From Scyliorhinus canicula (Eukaryota): a stretch of 64,000 bases of DNA. The stretch spans positions 219,960,438 through 220,024,437 of the forward strand of contig NC_052146.1 in NCBI RefSeq assembly GCF_902713615.1, in the 5' to 3' direction. A model generated the notes under the pieces. The model was given only the letters and a program-made list of their open reading frames with translations, searched no databases and had not been told where the DNA came from. Both the position numbers and the translations under genes were made by a program. Below, one piece after another: positions 22,850-36,630 of the stretch (its first letter is position 1; each line of letters begins with the position of its first letter).

Positions 22850-24560
22850 TTAGCCCTCGTGGTGATCGCACATGAGCTGGACCTTGGGGGAGTGGTACCT
22901 CTTCCTGTTGATGTAGGGCACTCCCTAACGGCCCAGTGTGTACAGGGCGACATGCATTTATTACCCCCTGGACCTGGGTTATCCCAGCAGTGGCGGAGAA
23001 TCCTGCTGCCTGGCCATCTTGTTGGGCTTGGTCCAGGTCAAAATTTACAGAGTTAGCAGCCTGGGCAAATAGCATGCACTGTGGGCTGTAGCTTGTGAAA
23101 TGCACACAAGTCCCCGCTTGAACCCTGGAATGACCCTGAGACACAGCAGTTCAGGGCTGTGGTGACCTTGACGGTTAACGGGAGCGGGTATTCTCCTCTT
23201 CGTGGTGCCAAGACTACGAGGATATGGCACAGATGCTGCACCATCCCCTTGTTGAGGCAGAACCTCTTGCGGCACATGCTGTCTGTCATCTGCTTGAAAT
23301 ACCAATGATGCCTGTACACCTTGGGCCGTCGCTGGCCTCCCCCTTTGGGCCCCTCCCTAGCCTAAATGGGCAGCCGGGTCCTCGGGGTGTGGGGCAGGGC
23401 CCTGCATGTGGGCTTCCGCCTCAAGCCTCTGTTGGCGGTCCTGCCACCGTCTTGTCCATCGTTTGGTCTTCCAGCAACAGTGTGAGGGCACCTTCCGTGG
23501 GGTCCAAGATATCATTCACCTCGTGTAATATCTGTAAGGAATTGGAGAGGGTGAGAGACTGACGACCAGCGGTGTCTTCCTCCCCTGCACCCTGCAGTTC
23601 TCAATTGCTCTCCCCCTCCCCACATCCTCTGCTATCCAACACACCCTGTCCAAGTACCCGGGCTGGAGTGGGGGCCCCTGTCCCCCGGACACCCGCACAT
23701 AACGTTACCTGCACTGGGTACACCCACCGTCTGTCCACAAGAATGTCCCCGGTGCCAAGGCCCAGCCCCGGTGTGTTCAGATGTTGGCTGTTGCGTTTGT
23801 GGTGTTACTTCCTGCTGTGTCCAGGCATCACGATCTGACTAGGATGCTAGGCAACTCCTACATGTTACATTGCACGCCTCCCCACAGCAATCCATTTGGG
23901 AGCTCTGAAGTGCTCACTTACCTACGATTGCCTATTCCCTATTAGCAATAGCCTTAAGCCGCACGACCTCCATTGTCAGTGGGAGTTATGGGTGGTCAGC
24001 AGGGGCTGGGGTTGTCTCCATTATGAGTACTCATGATCCACAGCGTGGCACGGTGGACCCGCGGGTTCTGAGACATTACCCCCACCCCTCCCTCCCAAGC
24101 CCATGGGCGAGCCTTGCGCCAATGGGCCTACCGCAACCTACGTTGCCACCACAGGGGCTTCCCCCCCCCACCCCAAGCTAAAGGGGCAACAACCTTAGTG
24201 CCCCTGGGATCGTTGTGTGGGAGCAAAGATGGCTACTCACCTCCTCGGATCCCCACAGCTGCCATTCCACCAGCTTCATGTTTTTAAAAAGGTGTACTAA
24301 TTGGCGCTTGCGTGATTACATGTTGGGGAGGCCGTTAGATAGGGGGTCTTTACTGTTAATTGTATGGAGACTGGCTTTAAGTAGTGATAATTTGTTTCTC
24401 GCCACGCCACGCCGGGATACTGATTTTGCCAACTGGATTGGGCCGGTTAGATCGAAAACTGATTGACCTCTGGTGAGGTTCTTGATTTTGTCCTCTCCCG
24501 CAATCTGACGGCCTTGTCGTGCTCTCACTCAAGCGCAACGCGGCTGTAAAATGGCGCCGG
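22850..24560 (-). mobile_element. PIF/Harbinger transposon remnant with DDE transposase pseudogene
   Basis: RFCLNK...LPLTVKVTTALNCCVSGSFQGSSGDL / ISQATAH / AGFSATAGITQVQGVIN, resembling the N-terminal half of a HARBI1-like nuclease; frameshifted. Confidence 0.8.
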
Positions 24561-24824
24561 TACACTTTAAGTACAGCCAACCTTTTTATAGCTCCTTTTT
24601 AACTCCATGTTTAGCCCATATAATGTCTCAAAATGCCTCCTTTTCGTTATGACTTTTGCAGTTTCTTCTTTCTTGGTAAAGACAGATACAATAATCATTT
24701 TATGCCTCAGCCGTGCCAGCTGCCTCCCCCATATATCCTTTTTGGTTCCTAATTAGCTTCACGCCGCCACTTACTACTCTTTAACTAATTATAGATCCTC
24801 TTTTAATTCCTCTGAGTTCCTCTC

Positions 24825-25012
24825 GGGCTGGTTTAGCACAGTGGACTAATTAGCTGGCTTGTAATGCAGAACAAGGTCAACAGCACGGGTTCAATTCCCG
24901 TACTGGCCTCCCCGAACAGGCGCCGGAATGTGGTGACTCGGGGTTTTCACCGTAACTTAATTTGAAGCCTACTTGTGACAATAAGCGATTTTCATTTTCA
25001 TTCGTTCATTTC
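24825..25012 (+). mobile_element. Short tRNA-derived SINE with (TTTCA)n tail
   Basis: gggctggtttagcacagtgg...gggttcaattccc; homologous to 16586-16743. Confidence 0.75.
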
Positions 25013-26641
25013 ATGTTAGCTGCTGTTCCCGTTTCTTCTCATAGTGTCTCTTTGCTTTCCCATTTCAATTGTCAATTTTCACTTTCCCAAACCATCACTT
25101 TTTTAAGGGCAGCCTGACAGTTTTGCCTGCTAGTCTTTGGTCCCCATTTTCCTGGACCCAATGTGTTCTCATCTGTCTTAAATTGGCCCAACCCCAGTTA
25201 ATTTTGCTCAGAAATGCTTTGTCCTTTTTATTAGCCAGCGTATATTATGATACAGAGGTCACTGTTCGATAACACTTTCTCCACTGATGCTTTATCCACT
25301 TGATCCACCTCATTCCCCAAAACAGATCCAGCAATGCCTCCTTCCTCATTAGACGAGAAACATACAAATCAAGAAAATTCTCCTGTACACACTTCAAATC
25401 TTTTCCCCCTGCCTTTGTCAGACTAGACCAGGCGAGATCAGGTCAGGTGATGGTGCTGGGACCCCATTGCCTGGGAAGCAACTGGCTTGTTGGGCAGTGA
25501 GAGCCGCTGGAAGGGCTATGGGCCACAGCCCCAGCGGTACATTATAGGTAGAGCTGGTGGAAGCTGTGCAGATTGGGGATTAGAGTGAGGCCTGCGCGAT
25601 GTGGCAGCAGGCCAGCCTGACGGCCTGGGCTGGGCAGCAGGAGCGAAGAGCTCGGAGAGCTGATTGAGCTTTTCTGCAAACACCAGTACCGAGCTAAGGA
25701 GGCCAACTACAAGGGAATCAGACCAGCTCTTCCTCTCCCTGACTGACATGGGGTACAAAGAAAACAATGGGCTGCAGCTGGATTTTTTGTTATTTTTTTC
25801 CAAGGTGACTCCAGAGCATGGCGACTCTCTGCAACCCCCCCCCATTAAGATCCACTTCCTACATCTTTTATAACCGTTATTATAGTACGTTCTACGCATT
25901 TCTTTATGGAGCAATCTGTACTGTCTAAGTCAAATATACTTTTCAATGTACCTAGGTAGACATGACTATAAATATATCAAATCAAATCGTAATGTTAAAA
26001 ATGGAAAAAAGCAATGATCCTAGTACCAATCCACGTCAACTATCCCAGTTAACTTTAGAATAATTAAAGTCCCCATTATCACTATTCCATAGCTCTTGTA
26101 TCTCTGTAATTTTCATACAAATTTGCTCCTTGCTGGCTTATTGAATACATCCAGTCGTGTAACCGTACCTATATTGTTTTCTGACTGTAACCAAATAAAT
26201 TTTGTTCTCGACCCCTCTAAGGCATTCTCCCTCTCGTTCCCTCTCTCTCGCTCTCTCGATCACTGTAATATTCTCTTTAATCCTTCCTGCCAACTGTCCT
26301 CCTATCTTTCCTGAACACCTTGCATCCAAAAATATCAAGTCCGCAGTCCAATTCTTTTTGAGCCATTAGAAGTGGAAAACGTAACACATAATATGATTTA
26401 TATTGATTACCACTTAAATCATTGAATTTCTGGTAATAGATAAGATACTTATCTATTGCGTACTGAATAAAGTTTATGCTTTTAAGTTGTAATCAAATTC
26501 AATAGTGAATTTATTCATAGTTTATCCGGCACGTAGAACAGGAGTTGAGGACATAAATTAACTGTTATACAGGTATAACATAAATTATTTATGCATAACT
26601 GAAGAGCTGTAAAATAATTCTGCATTTTATTTTCCTGATAG

Positions 26642-26800
26642 TGAGGATGAGCACATACTTATCCAACAGTACTGTCTGACACTTGGGAGAGAGTCACCCA
26701 TAAGTCAGCCCCAGAGTCCTGTGCAGATCCTCAAATCAGTGGAAAAAGAAGAGCGGAGCGAGTTGGAATTCATCATTGCAAATCTCGAAGAGGAGCAAAG
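26642..26800 (+). CDS. UTRN: Utrophin exon (DMD exon 74 equivalent)
   Basis: tag|...|gttgtc, 159 nt; [52 protein letters not shown](R). Confidence 0.94.
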
Positions 26801-27299
26801 GTTGTCACGTTTTATTGTTTACTCTTGCAATGTTTTTTTAATTATACTTATTTTTCCTTTACTCACTAAAAATTCTCATTCATTCTGTGGGACAGTTCCC
26901 ATATTCCTCCGAGTGACTAATATTCAGACACAACCCTGAACCAAAATGTTCATCACAAACCTTGCCATTCTGGCTGTCAAGGCACAAGAAACCCAGATCC
27001 GTTTACACTTATTTGCACTCACTTCTATTTATCACTGCAACTTTTCCCGTTCTGTAACTTCCCATTGAACTCTCCATTCCTCAGACTGGATTTGGTTTGC
27101 ATGCCCAAACCTCACCCTCATCTGCCCCTACCCCCACCCGTCCAATGACCTGTTGACACTCCCTTTCAAAGCTCATTTGCGAACAATGGTCACTCGCGTG
27201 AGGTACTGGAGATCCACAGGGTTGATGAAAGCGTGATCAATACCAAACAAAGTCAATACCTGAAGGAACTCCACTTGTGTAAGATGATGCTGAGTTGGC

Positions 27300-27523
27300 A
27301 TTTTTTAAAAAATTTAGAGTACCCAATTCATTTTTCCAATTAAAGGGCAATTTAGTGTGGCCAATCCACCAATCCTGTACATCTTTGGGTTGTGGGGGCG
27401 AAACCCACGCAAACACGGGGAGAATGTGCAAACTCCACACGGACAGTGACCCAGAGCCAGGATCGAACCTGGTACCTCAGCGCTGTGAGGCTGCAATGCC
27501 AACCACTGGACCACCGTGCTGCC
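27300..27523 (-). mobile_element. V-type SINE, short-tail subfamily
   Basis: Near-identical to 28257-28479. Confidence 0.85.
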
Positions 27524-27654
27524 ATGTGTTGGTATTTTTTGATGCATCATTCAAAGCTTCCTTGTGTGGCACTATAAATGGAATTCTAGGTACAGGAGGA
27601 TGGAAGAGGCATTCATAAAGTGAACTAAAATTCTAATTGTTTCTGTAATCACAG

Positions 27655-27892
27655 AAATCTGCAGGCTGAATATGAACGGTTAAAGCAGCAGCAGATCCTG
27701 AGAGATATAAAACCCCTACCATCACCTACCCTCTCATCAAACCAGCAGAATTATCACGATGCTGAACTCCTGGCTGAGGCTAAGCTCCTACGACAACACA
27801 AGGGGCGACTTGAGGCCAGAATGCAGATATTGGAGGACCACAACAAACAACTGGAGTCACAGTTGTGCAGACTGCGAAAACTTCTGGAAGAG
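27655..27892 (+). CDS. UTRN: Utrophin exon (DMD exon 75 equivalent), dystrobrevin-binding coiled coils
   Basis: cag|...|gtacaa, 238 nt; [13 protein letters not shown]...[45 protein letters not shown]. Confidence 0.94.
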
Positions 27893-28256
27893 GTACAACT
27901 TAATCAGGCATTCGGGTCGAATGGGAACAAATGGGTGAAGTTACGCACACAACAATTTCCCAGTTATTTAAAGTGTGTTTCATTAATTGACGTTCTGGTC
28001 TGTCTTCCAAACTGTCTCTAGGCGTTCCTGGATTGGGTTGGAATGTATGAAATTGAGCTGAAAAGAATAATGAAAATATTTACAGCAGGAATCTGCATTC
28101 TTGTGGTAATGGTTGATCTGAATTCAAGGTCATTGCCTGTGCCATTTGAGATACCATAGTAAATCTTGCTATACTTTGCAGAAGTCCTGAAGCCATAAGC
28201 CAAACCAGTTGAAACTGAGAATCTGATTATCTGCTCCTGTCGCATAAACTGTTATT

Positions 28257-28479
28257 TAAAAAAAAATTTAGAGTACCCAATTCACTTTTTCCAATTAAGG
28301 GGCAATTTAGCGTGGCTAATCCACCTGGCTTGCACATTTTTGGGTTGTGGGGGTGAAACCCACACGAACACGGGGAGAATGTGCAAACTCCACACAGACA
28401 GTGACCCAGAGCCAGGATCGAACATGGAACCTCGGCGCTGTGAGGCTGCAGTGCTAATCACTGCACCACCGTGCTGCCC
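28257..28479 (-). mobile_element. V-type SINE, short-tail subfamily
   Basis: Full tRNA head, core and tail. Confidence 0.85.
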
Positions 28480-29448
28480 TTCTGTCGCATAAACTGAGAT
28501 TATGGAGGATATTTTCTCTGATTTTTCTGCCCTCTGGATTGAGTTGGTCCATGCTCAGTTGCCATTATGCAAATGTTGTTCGCATTATTTATCCATTGAA
28601 TTGGCAAATCCTTTTTGTGTGTAGTGAATGTCACCTAACTCTTTTTGCCATAAGGGGGTGGGGTGGAGTGGAGCTGATCAAATCTTGACATTTACCATCA
28701 GCCACACGAGTTGAGGCTGTGTAAATTGGGTTGTTAATATGTCATTTATGCAGGAGAATTCAAATTTAATTTTTAACAGATGCTGATACAAAATATTTCT
28801 CTATCATTTGTGACACAGTAAATTTTCATTGTGATGTAGGCTTGGTCAATATTATTTAAGAATCATTTGTTTAGGTGATGGATGCTGCTTTTCCTTATCA
28901 ATGATGATTTTTCCATGTGAATATGGTTACAGCTTGAGCTGAACTAAATTTCTCTTGAGTCATTGGAAGTGTAGTAAAGAAATAAATCAACTCTTGTCTA
29001 ATTCCAACTCACAGCGAGACCAGCTGTAATTACATCCATCACTATGTTTCACTTGAATATCTCAAAATGCTCGCAATACAGATAGAGCATTGCAGTGGTT
29101 TACTTGAAACTGCAACAAATGGCACCTAAATAAAATGGACCAAACAATGCACCTTGTGCATCTCAACAATCAAAAGGCGGACATCACTGACTCCACAAAC
29201 CAGCCACAATGCTTTACCTGCATTGTAGAAACAGGCCAAAGCATTTGAGGTAAATTCAAAATCCTCGGCCCAGATTTTCACAGTCTGACTAGGCAACCTT
29301 TAAAATTCACAGGTGGGACCAGATACAGATGTTCCATCCTTTTTTCCACCAGATCCCATTTTGCCAGTATGGGCAAGGCAGGGCATGAATCTCACAGGAT
29401 GGAAACCCAAACTTAATGCTGAGTTCAAACGGAGTCTAGTTTGACTAT

Positions 29449-30690
29449 TAGGAACATAGGAACAGGGGTAGGCCGTTCAGCCTCTCGAGCGTGTCCTGCC
29501 ATTCAATGAGATCATCACTGATCTGTGACCTAACTCCATATGCCTGCCTGTGGCCCTCCCTTAATATCTCTGCTTAACAAAAACCCATCTATCTCAGATT
29601 TAAAATTAGCAACTGATCTAGCTTCAACTGCTGTTTATGGGAGAGAGTTCCAAACCTTTAAGTGAAGAAATTCTTCCTAACATCTCTCCTGAACAGTCCA
29701 GTCCTAATTTTTAGACTAGTTTCAGAATCTTCAACCAGTGTAAATAGTTTAACTTTATCTACCCTGTTATTCCCTGTTAATATCTTGAATACTTTGATCA
29801 GATCACCCCTTAACCTTTTAAATTTGAACAAAAATGGGTCTAATTTGGGTAATCTCTCCTCATAACTCAATCTCTGGAATCCAGGTATCATTTTTGTAAA
29901 CCTATGTTACACTCCCTCCAAAGCCAAAATCTCCTTCCTAAGGTGTGGTATCCAGAATGCTCACAGTACTCCAAATGGGGACGAACCAGGGTTTTGTATA
30001 GCTGCAGCATAACCCCTGTGCCTTTATGTTCTAATCCTCTAGATCTAACGCCTAGCATTCCATTCATAAACCCTTTTAGTAGCTCTTATAAGATGCTTTG
30101 TGACCCTTTGCTGGTCCTTGTATCTATCCCATTTGTCCAGATCAGTGCTTTTTTGTAACCCTTTCATTTAGTTTTATGCTGTCCTTCACCTCTAGTTGTC
30201 CACAGCTGTGTTTTTTGTGAAGTGGAGCCTTCTCCTTTCAGGGATATATACTTGCTCTGTATCTCGTTAAATGTTTTTTGAAATATTCTCCACTGATCTT
30301 CAATCGTTTGATCCTGTTTACCATGGACAGCCTCTTCCTCATCCCGTTAAAGTCAGCCATACCTAAGTATAAAATTCTAGTATCAGAAATGTGCTTTTCA
30401 CTTTCAAACGCTACACTGAATTCAACCATGTTGGGTTCACTACTTGATAAATGTTCGTGCACAGTTAGGCTACTAATTAAATTGAGCCCATTACTCATAA
30501 CTAAATCTAATATTGCCTGTCCCCTCAAGAACATATTGTTGCAGGAAACTATCCTGGACACATTTCAGAAATTCACTACCTTTCTGATAGGCACTTGCCC
30601 ACCTCTCCCAATCTATGTGTAAGTTGAAAACCCCCATTAATGCTACTCAGCCTTTGCTACACACATGCCTAATTTCTGCCTTTGTACCAT
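29449..30690 (-). mobile_element. CR1 LINE fragments (3' end plus endonuclease region)
   Basis: LSYEERL...RLRGDLIKVFKIL; AILDLVMSN...EHLSSSEPNMVEF; tail tgttcctatgttccta. Confidence 0.8.
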
Positions 30691-31035
30691 CTAGCGGTTG
30701 TGAAGTAGCTGCCATTCATAGAAGCATCGAATCTTTTACATCTCAACTGATTAATCTCTTCTAAAAACAAGGAGACATCTGTTCATAGCCCTATTTTTTT
30801 AATAGCCTCGAAGTAGCCAATCAAACTGCAAATGCAGGACACACTGCTGAAATAGTCGTACCTTTTGAAACTCAACCAGGCTTTTGGGGAAATGTGAACA
30901 AATTGAAACTGTCTGAACAGATGCTACAGCCAGCTGGTCTGTCAATCCATACTATTCCTTCAACTTTGAGGTGCATTTGAAGACTTTGGAATATTTTCAG
31001 TTTATTTCAAGATTGCTGTAAACTAAGACACATTC

Positions 31036-32570
31036 TGGGCTGGATTCTCCATTTGGGAAGACTATGTTCATCTGCCAGAGCTGAATCACTGGTTTTTCGC
31101 ACTGGCTGTAGGAGTGATGGCCACAAGAAATTCGCTCTCCCCAGCCATGCAAATGTATATTTGGTAGGGATCGCAAGGGATTCCCATTTTATATCATGAT
31201 CCAGCGGCTGTCCCCTCCCCGCAAATCTGGTCCCCGTCCCCCGCTGACAAGTAGGAGCATCCTTTCCCCCCACCCCCCTTTCCCATGCAGAAATTGCTGG
31301 GTCAACCACCTCCCTCACAGTATGCATCCATGTGGGAGACCTGACTCCCCCACCGGAGACCCCCCCCCAATCAGGGGACCCCGCAATGCCAGAGATTCCC
31401 CTCCCCATAATAGAGACTCTTTCCCCCCCTCCCCCCATCAATCACCCTTGCCTGCAAACTAAAGGGCAGCCCATGCAGAAACGATAAAAGGAAATACTGT
31501 GTATTCATTTACCTGTCCCTTATACCTACTGCCTCAGACAAATGTCTAGAATGCAGCAGTTATTAATTAATAGAAATCCAAGGCCACATCACAAGGCTTT
31601 AAAACCCCTCAGACCCTTTGATCTTCAAAGAGAAAGAGCTTTTAGTAGACTGTAATTGATAGCTTCCTGACAGCCAGATAACTGGATTTTTATTTTCCTT
31701 TCCCTTCACACTTGAATGTATCTCAAATGCCCTGCTTTCACTTCCTCTTTTTCTCAGCAGAAGGTGCTTAACTCCTTCTGGTGTGGTCAGGAGCTGTCAA
31801 TCATAGCTAGATGTTTATAAACATTGTTCACTGCAGTCTCTGCTGGGGTGGGGGAGAGCTGATGGTTAGGTTCACAGCAGGTTACGTAAGATGCTGCCCT
31901 TTGGCTTGCAGGGGTGACTGATGGTGGGGGTGAGGTCTCTGTTATGGGGGGGAGGTCTCTGTTATGGGGGGGAGGTCTCTGTTATGGAGGGGTTCTCCTG
32001 ATGAAATGAAATTGAAAATTGCTTATTGTCACGAGTAGGCTTCAATTAAGTTACTGTGAAAAGCCCCTAGTCGCCACATTCCGGGGAGGCTGGTACAGGA
32101 ATCGAACCGTGCTGCTGGCCTGCTTGGTCTGCTTTAAAAGCCAGCGATTTAGCTCAGTGAGCTAAACCAGCCCCTATATAGATACTGTATAGAGATAGAG
32201 GGAGTCTCTAATATGGGGGAACCTCTAACATGGAGGAGGGGGGGGGGGGGGGGGGGGGGATGCTGGGCAGGATTTGCATTGTGGGGTAGAATGGGCCCTC
32301 CAATGGACTTTGGGGACCTACCTTAAATACTTACCCCCTTGGCCCATCATAAGGTCCACTGTGTCAGGGCCACACCGGCAAATACTTTCACCAATCCACG
32401 GCAGCATTAATCTTTGCCCAGAGAGTGTGCAGTTTTTCACCTATTTGCAATCTCCTGCTAGTGCGGGGCGCAAACCTCGATGCTGCCACCAGTGGGGCAC
32501 CGGAACATCGCAAACAGATCTGTGCCTGGCGCCAATCCCATTTTTTCCCCCGACACTCTGCGGCATCAGG
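31036..32570. mobile_element. MITE/Harbinger-like element with nested SINE (32001-32175) and a 20-bp minisatellite (about 31932-31990)
   Basis: Starts gggctggattctcc, the same TIR as at 13152; gaggtctctgttatgggggg x3; right boundary uncertain. Confidence 0.5.
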
Positions 32571-33149
32571 AACTCCACTACCAGTGGCGGGCAGAAGTGA
32601 ACCCCCTCCTCTATGCAGTAATCAGAAATCAGTCATTTTTAGCAGCTGCTTAACAGACTGTGAACCTATATTGCAGTTTAACTTGGCTGAGATAAATGTT
32701 TCATTACCAGGAGCAGAGTTCCTGGTAGCTGAGATAACTGGTCATTAATGTCTTGCATCTTATTTTTAATGAGAATTTGAGATGTAATCTTCCTTTGAAG
32801 ACTGCAACAGGATTTGTGCATCATCAGAAAATGCCTTTTGGCATTCCTATGCATGACTATAACTGCAAATGTAATGAACAAGGCCAGGGAGACCATGGGC
32901 AAGAAGGAAGATAAGAAGCCATGTTAGCAGCGTGTTAACCACTTAAGTTCTGAATGCCACTCTGAGTGCCATACTGCACATATTGGCTGCTCATCGAAGC
33001 TACTCAATTTGACCTCCTGTTTCCATGACAATGTGATGGGCAAGGTCAGCTATGACAGGGCAATAACAAAACCCTTCCAAGATCCTGCAGTGGAACCAAA
33101 CAGGTTATGTTTTTGCATTTTTTGGCATATTCTTCTATTTGCTGATCTC

Positions 33150-34075
33150 CTATACCTAACAGAAAGCATGAAACTACAGGCCAGTTAGCTGAACATTTGT
33201 CACAGGAAAAATATTGGAATCTGTTATTAAGGAGGTTATAGTAGACCACATAGAAATTCTCAATGCCATCAGACAGATTCAACATAGTTTTGTAAATGAG
33301 AAATCACATTTGACTAATTTATTTGAGTTCTTTAAGCAAGTAAGAAGCAATATGGATAAAGAGGAACTTTTGGATGTGATGTGTTTAGATTTCCAGTAGG
33401 CATTTGACAGGGTGCAATATCAAAGATTACTATGCAAAATAAGAGTTCAAGGTTTAGGGGCTAACAGGATCATTTGTAGAAGATTGGTTAGCTAACAGGA
33501 AAGAAACAGAGTCTGGAGAAGTGGGCCATTTTCGAGTGGAGTACCACAGGGATCACTGCTGAGGCCTCTACTATATATTATCCATATGAATGATTTGGAT
33601 GAAGGGACCAAATGTTTATGTGCTAAATTTGCTGATGTCAGACACAAAGGTACAATGGTAAGTTGTGAAGAGGACATGAGGAGTTTGCAATGGGCAACAA
33701 TCTGACAGGTGGAGTATGATGTGGGAAAATGTGAACTTTTCCCCTTAGGCAGGAGAAATAGTAAAGCATCATGTGTTCTAAATGGAGAGAGATTGCAGCA
33801 CCCTTAGGTAGAGAGGAATCCGGATGTCTGGTACAGGAATTGGATAAAGTTAGTATGCAGGTACAGCAAGTGATTAAGAAGGCAAATGGAATGTTGCCAG
33901 TAATTGCAAGGGGAATGGAATGTAAAAGTAGGGATGTTGTGATAGTCATACAGGGCATTGTTGAGACCACTTCTGGAGCACTGTGTACAGCTTTTGTCTC
34001 CTCATTTAAGAAAGGACGTAATTGCATTAGAAGCAGTTCAGAGAAGGTTCAGTCAACTGATTCTTGGCATGAGGG
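33150..34075 (+). mobile_element. CR1 RT fragment
   Basis: KSHLTNLFEFF, DVMCLDFQ, GVPQGS, KFADV and LEAVQRRF motifs. Confidence 0.8.
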
Positions 34076-34446
34076 CGGCATTGGCAGTCCAGATGGCCAG
34101 AGAAGGCGACGGCAGCAGCAAAGTCGGCAGAAGCTCGAGGCGGCTCAAGGTAGTTTGGCGGGGGCCAGGCATGGGCACCGCCTCTGGCTCGAGGGTAGGG
34201 TGCAAAGGTGGGTGCCATGGTATACTGAGACACGGGCATGGTATTGTGCCAGGGTGGAGGCTGAGTGGCCTTACTTCTGCTCCTAATCTATATGTTCGTA
34301 TTGTCCCTTCCTTCATCGCCTGCGTCATCTGTAAGTCATCTGTAGCAATCTTCTACAATGTTGTCCCTCTGAGCTGCCTGTTTTGAGCTACATGCATCCC
34401 ATGGGTCGTTTTACTTGACCCCGTATTACGTCACAGAGATTCTACT

Positions 34447-34725
34447 TTATAGAAAGAGGCCATTTGGTCCATCGAGTCTGCACCGAAAGACCACCCTACC
34501 TAGGCCCAATAACCCTACCCTGTAACCTCTCCCTAAGGGGCAATTTAGCCTGTCCAATCTATCTAACCTACATATCTTTGGACTGTGGGAGGAAACTGGA
34601 GCACCCGGAGGAAACCACGCAGACACGGGGAGAAAGTGCAAACTCCACACATGCAGTCACCCAAGGTGGGAATTGAACCTGGGTCCCTGGTGCTATGAGG
34701 CAGCAGTGCTAACCACTACACCACC
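34447..34725 (-). mobile_element. HE1/V-type SINE
   Basis: Same core as the other copies. Confidence 0.75.
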
Positions 34726-35308
34726 AAGCAAACGCGATCTCATTTCCTACCCCTCCAATTCAATCAATAAGATGGAGTTGGAACAACATGGTAAATTCTC
34801 TGATAAATATTCAGTTTTAATTGGTGTTTTGGTTCAATTTTCCTCAAGCAAATAATTGGGAATGCTAATTTGGAATGCTACTCCCAGTCTATCACATTGT
34901 AACCCAGGTGAGACATGTGGAGCTGGGACCACATAGATCACTAATGTAAACCAAGCAATCATTACAAACAGGAGTCAATAGCTTATGTTAGCTGCCTGCC
35001 TTATTTCCACATAGAGGATGGTATTTTCTTTAATAATACATTCATTCATTTATTACAAAATACTTCATTTGACTTTATTCCCACTGTAGACACCAACTGC
35101 TGAAGAATGCTACATACCATGTCCTCTATCTGAGTAAAAAAATATTTATGGACTGTAACAAATGGTGTTCCAATGATGACCAATAACCTATCAATACTCT
35201 TTAATTACTTTATCAAGTAAATTTTCAAATCCCTGTGAGTCTTATTAACATTTATAGCAGTAGTGTTTTTATTACTGTGTGACGTCTACTGTTGCAATTT
35301 CTTTATAG

Positions 35309-35417
35309 CCATTAACAGAATCAAAACTGAATGGTGTTACTGCTGTTTCTCCAACTGCATCCTTTCAACTTGCTGAAAATGGTCAAACCTGTAATGAGGA
35401 CTTCAGCTCACAGACAG
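35309..35417 (+). CDS. UTRN: Utrophin exon (DMD exon 76 equivalent)
   Basis: tag|...|gttagt, 109 nt, phase 0 to 1 as required; PLTESKLNGVTAVSPTASFQLAENGQTCNEDFSSQT (the S-K/R-x-NGV...SP pattern of this exon). Confidence 0.85.
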
Positions 35418-36349
35418 GTTAGTAATGTATGAAGAGATTCACATAAAAATAAATGCAAGTTTAAGCAGTACTCCTTAACCCATATACACATTTAAAACAA
35501 AACCTGTTGTCAGTATGGTACATAATGGAACATGACATGAATATGAAGAATTGAATGGTAAAAAGCCAAACATCCATCGAATTAAGCCGTCACAATGTAC
35601 AATCATCCCTATCAAAGAATTGTGTTCAAAAGTATTTAAAGAAAAGGTCAGCATTATTTCTTCCTTCTCCCCAAAGGTTAATGGAGAGAAGTGCTACCAA
35701 TTTTTATTAATTCTTAAAGGCATTTACTATGGCATGACATTTCATGTTCCAGGAGTGCTGGAATAATGGTGTTCCATAGAGCACTCAATTTGTTGTATTT
35801 ATTTATTGTAGCATTTTATCCCATGCATAACTATATTTAAAGGTGGATGAACTTCTGCCACCTTACTGAATATTTAAGACTATTTAATTGGAAAGTATGA
35901 TGCTACAAATTGCATGAATCCAGAGTGCGAAGCATGTTCTATTTTTGCTCCTTACACAAAGGTTTCTCTGTTTTTAAATGAAGCTGTGCTGGAATTGAAA
36001 CATAGTGTTGGACATGGCTCACACTCAGTGTTCCTTTCAGTGGCACTTAACAGTCTCAGTAGTACCATCATGTATAGGTAAACGATATTGAAGGTCAGGT
36101 GACTAATACTGCTCTTCTAAACTTTCTAGTGGCAGGTTAATGACCAGCTGATGTTGGCTGCAGGCCTCCATGACTTTAGAAAGCTGCTTTAAATATCTTT
36201 AAAGTACTTTGTAATTTTTATGTTTTCAATGTTTATTCCGCAAGTTCTACATATGTATAGCATTTGTGTGCTTTGATCTGTTAAATCTTTACTGGCCAGA
36301 GTTCTGAATGTAGACTGTTTAAAAATAATCTTATTTGGAGCTTATAGAA

Positions 36350-36630
36350 AACCATGTTCAATTCCGGCCTCAGGTGTATGTGTGGTGTTTGCACATTCTC
36401 CCCATATTTGGGTGAGTTTCCTCCAGGTGCTCCCGTTTCCTCCCACAGTCCAAACATGTGCAGGTTAGGTGGATTGTCCATGCTAAATTGCTCCTTAGTG
36501 TTCAAATGGTTAGGTGAGATTACTGGGCTACGGGGATAAGGTGGAACGTGGGTTTAAGTAGGCTATCCTTTCCAAGGGCCGGTGCAGACACAATGGGCTG
36601 AATGGCCTCCTTCTGCACTGTAAGTTCTAT
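36350..36630 (+). mobile_element. HE1/V-type SINE (5'-truncated)
   Basis: Core plus CR1-like tail gaatggcctccttctgcactgt. Confidence 0.75.
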
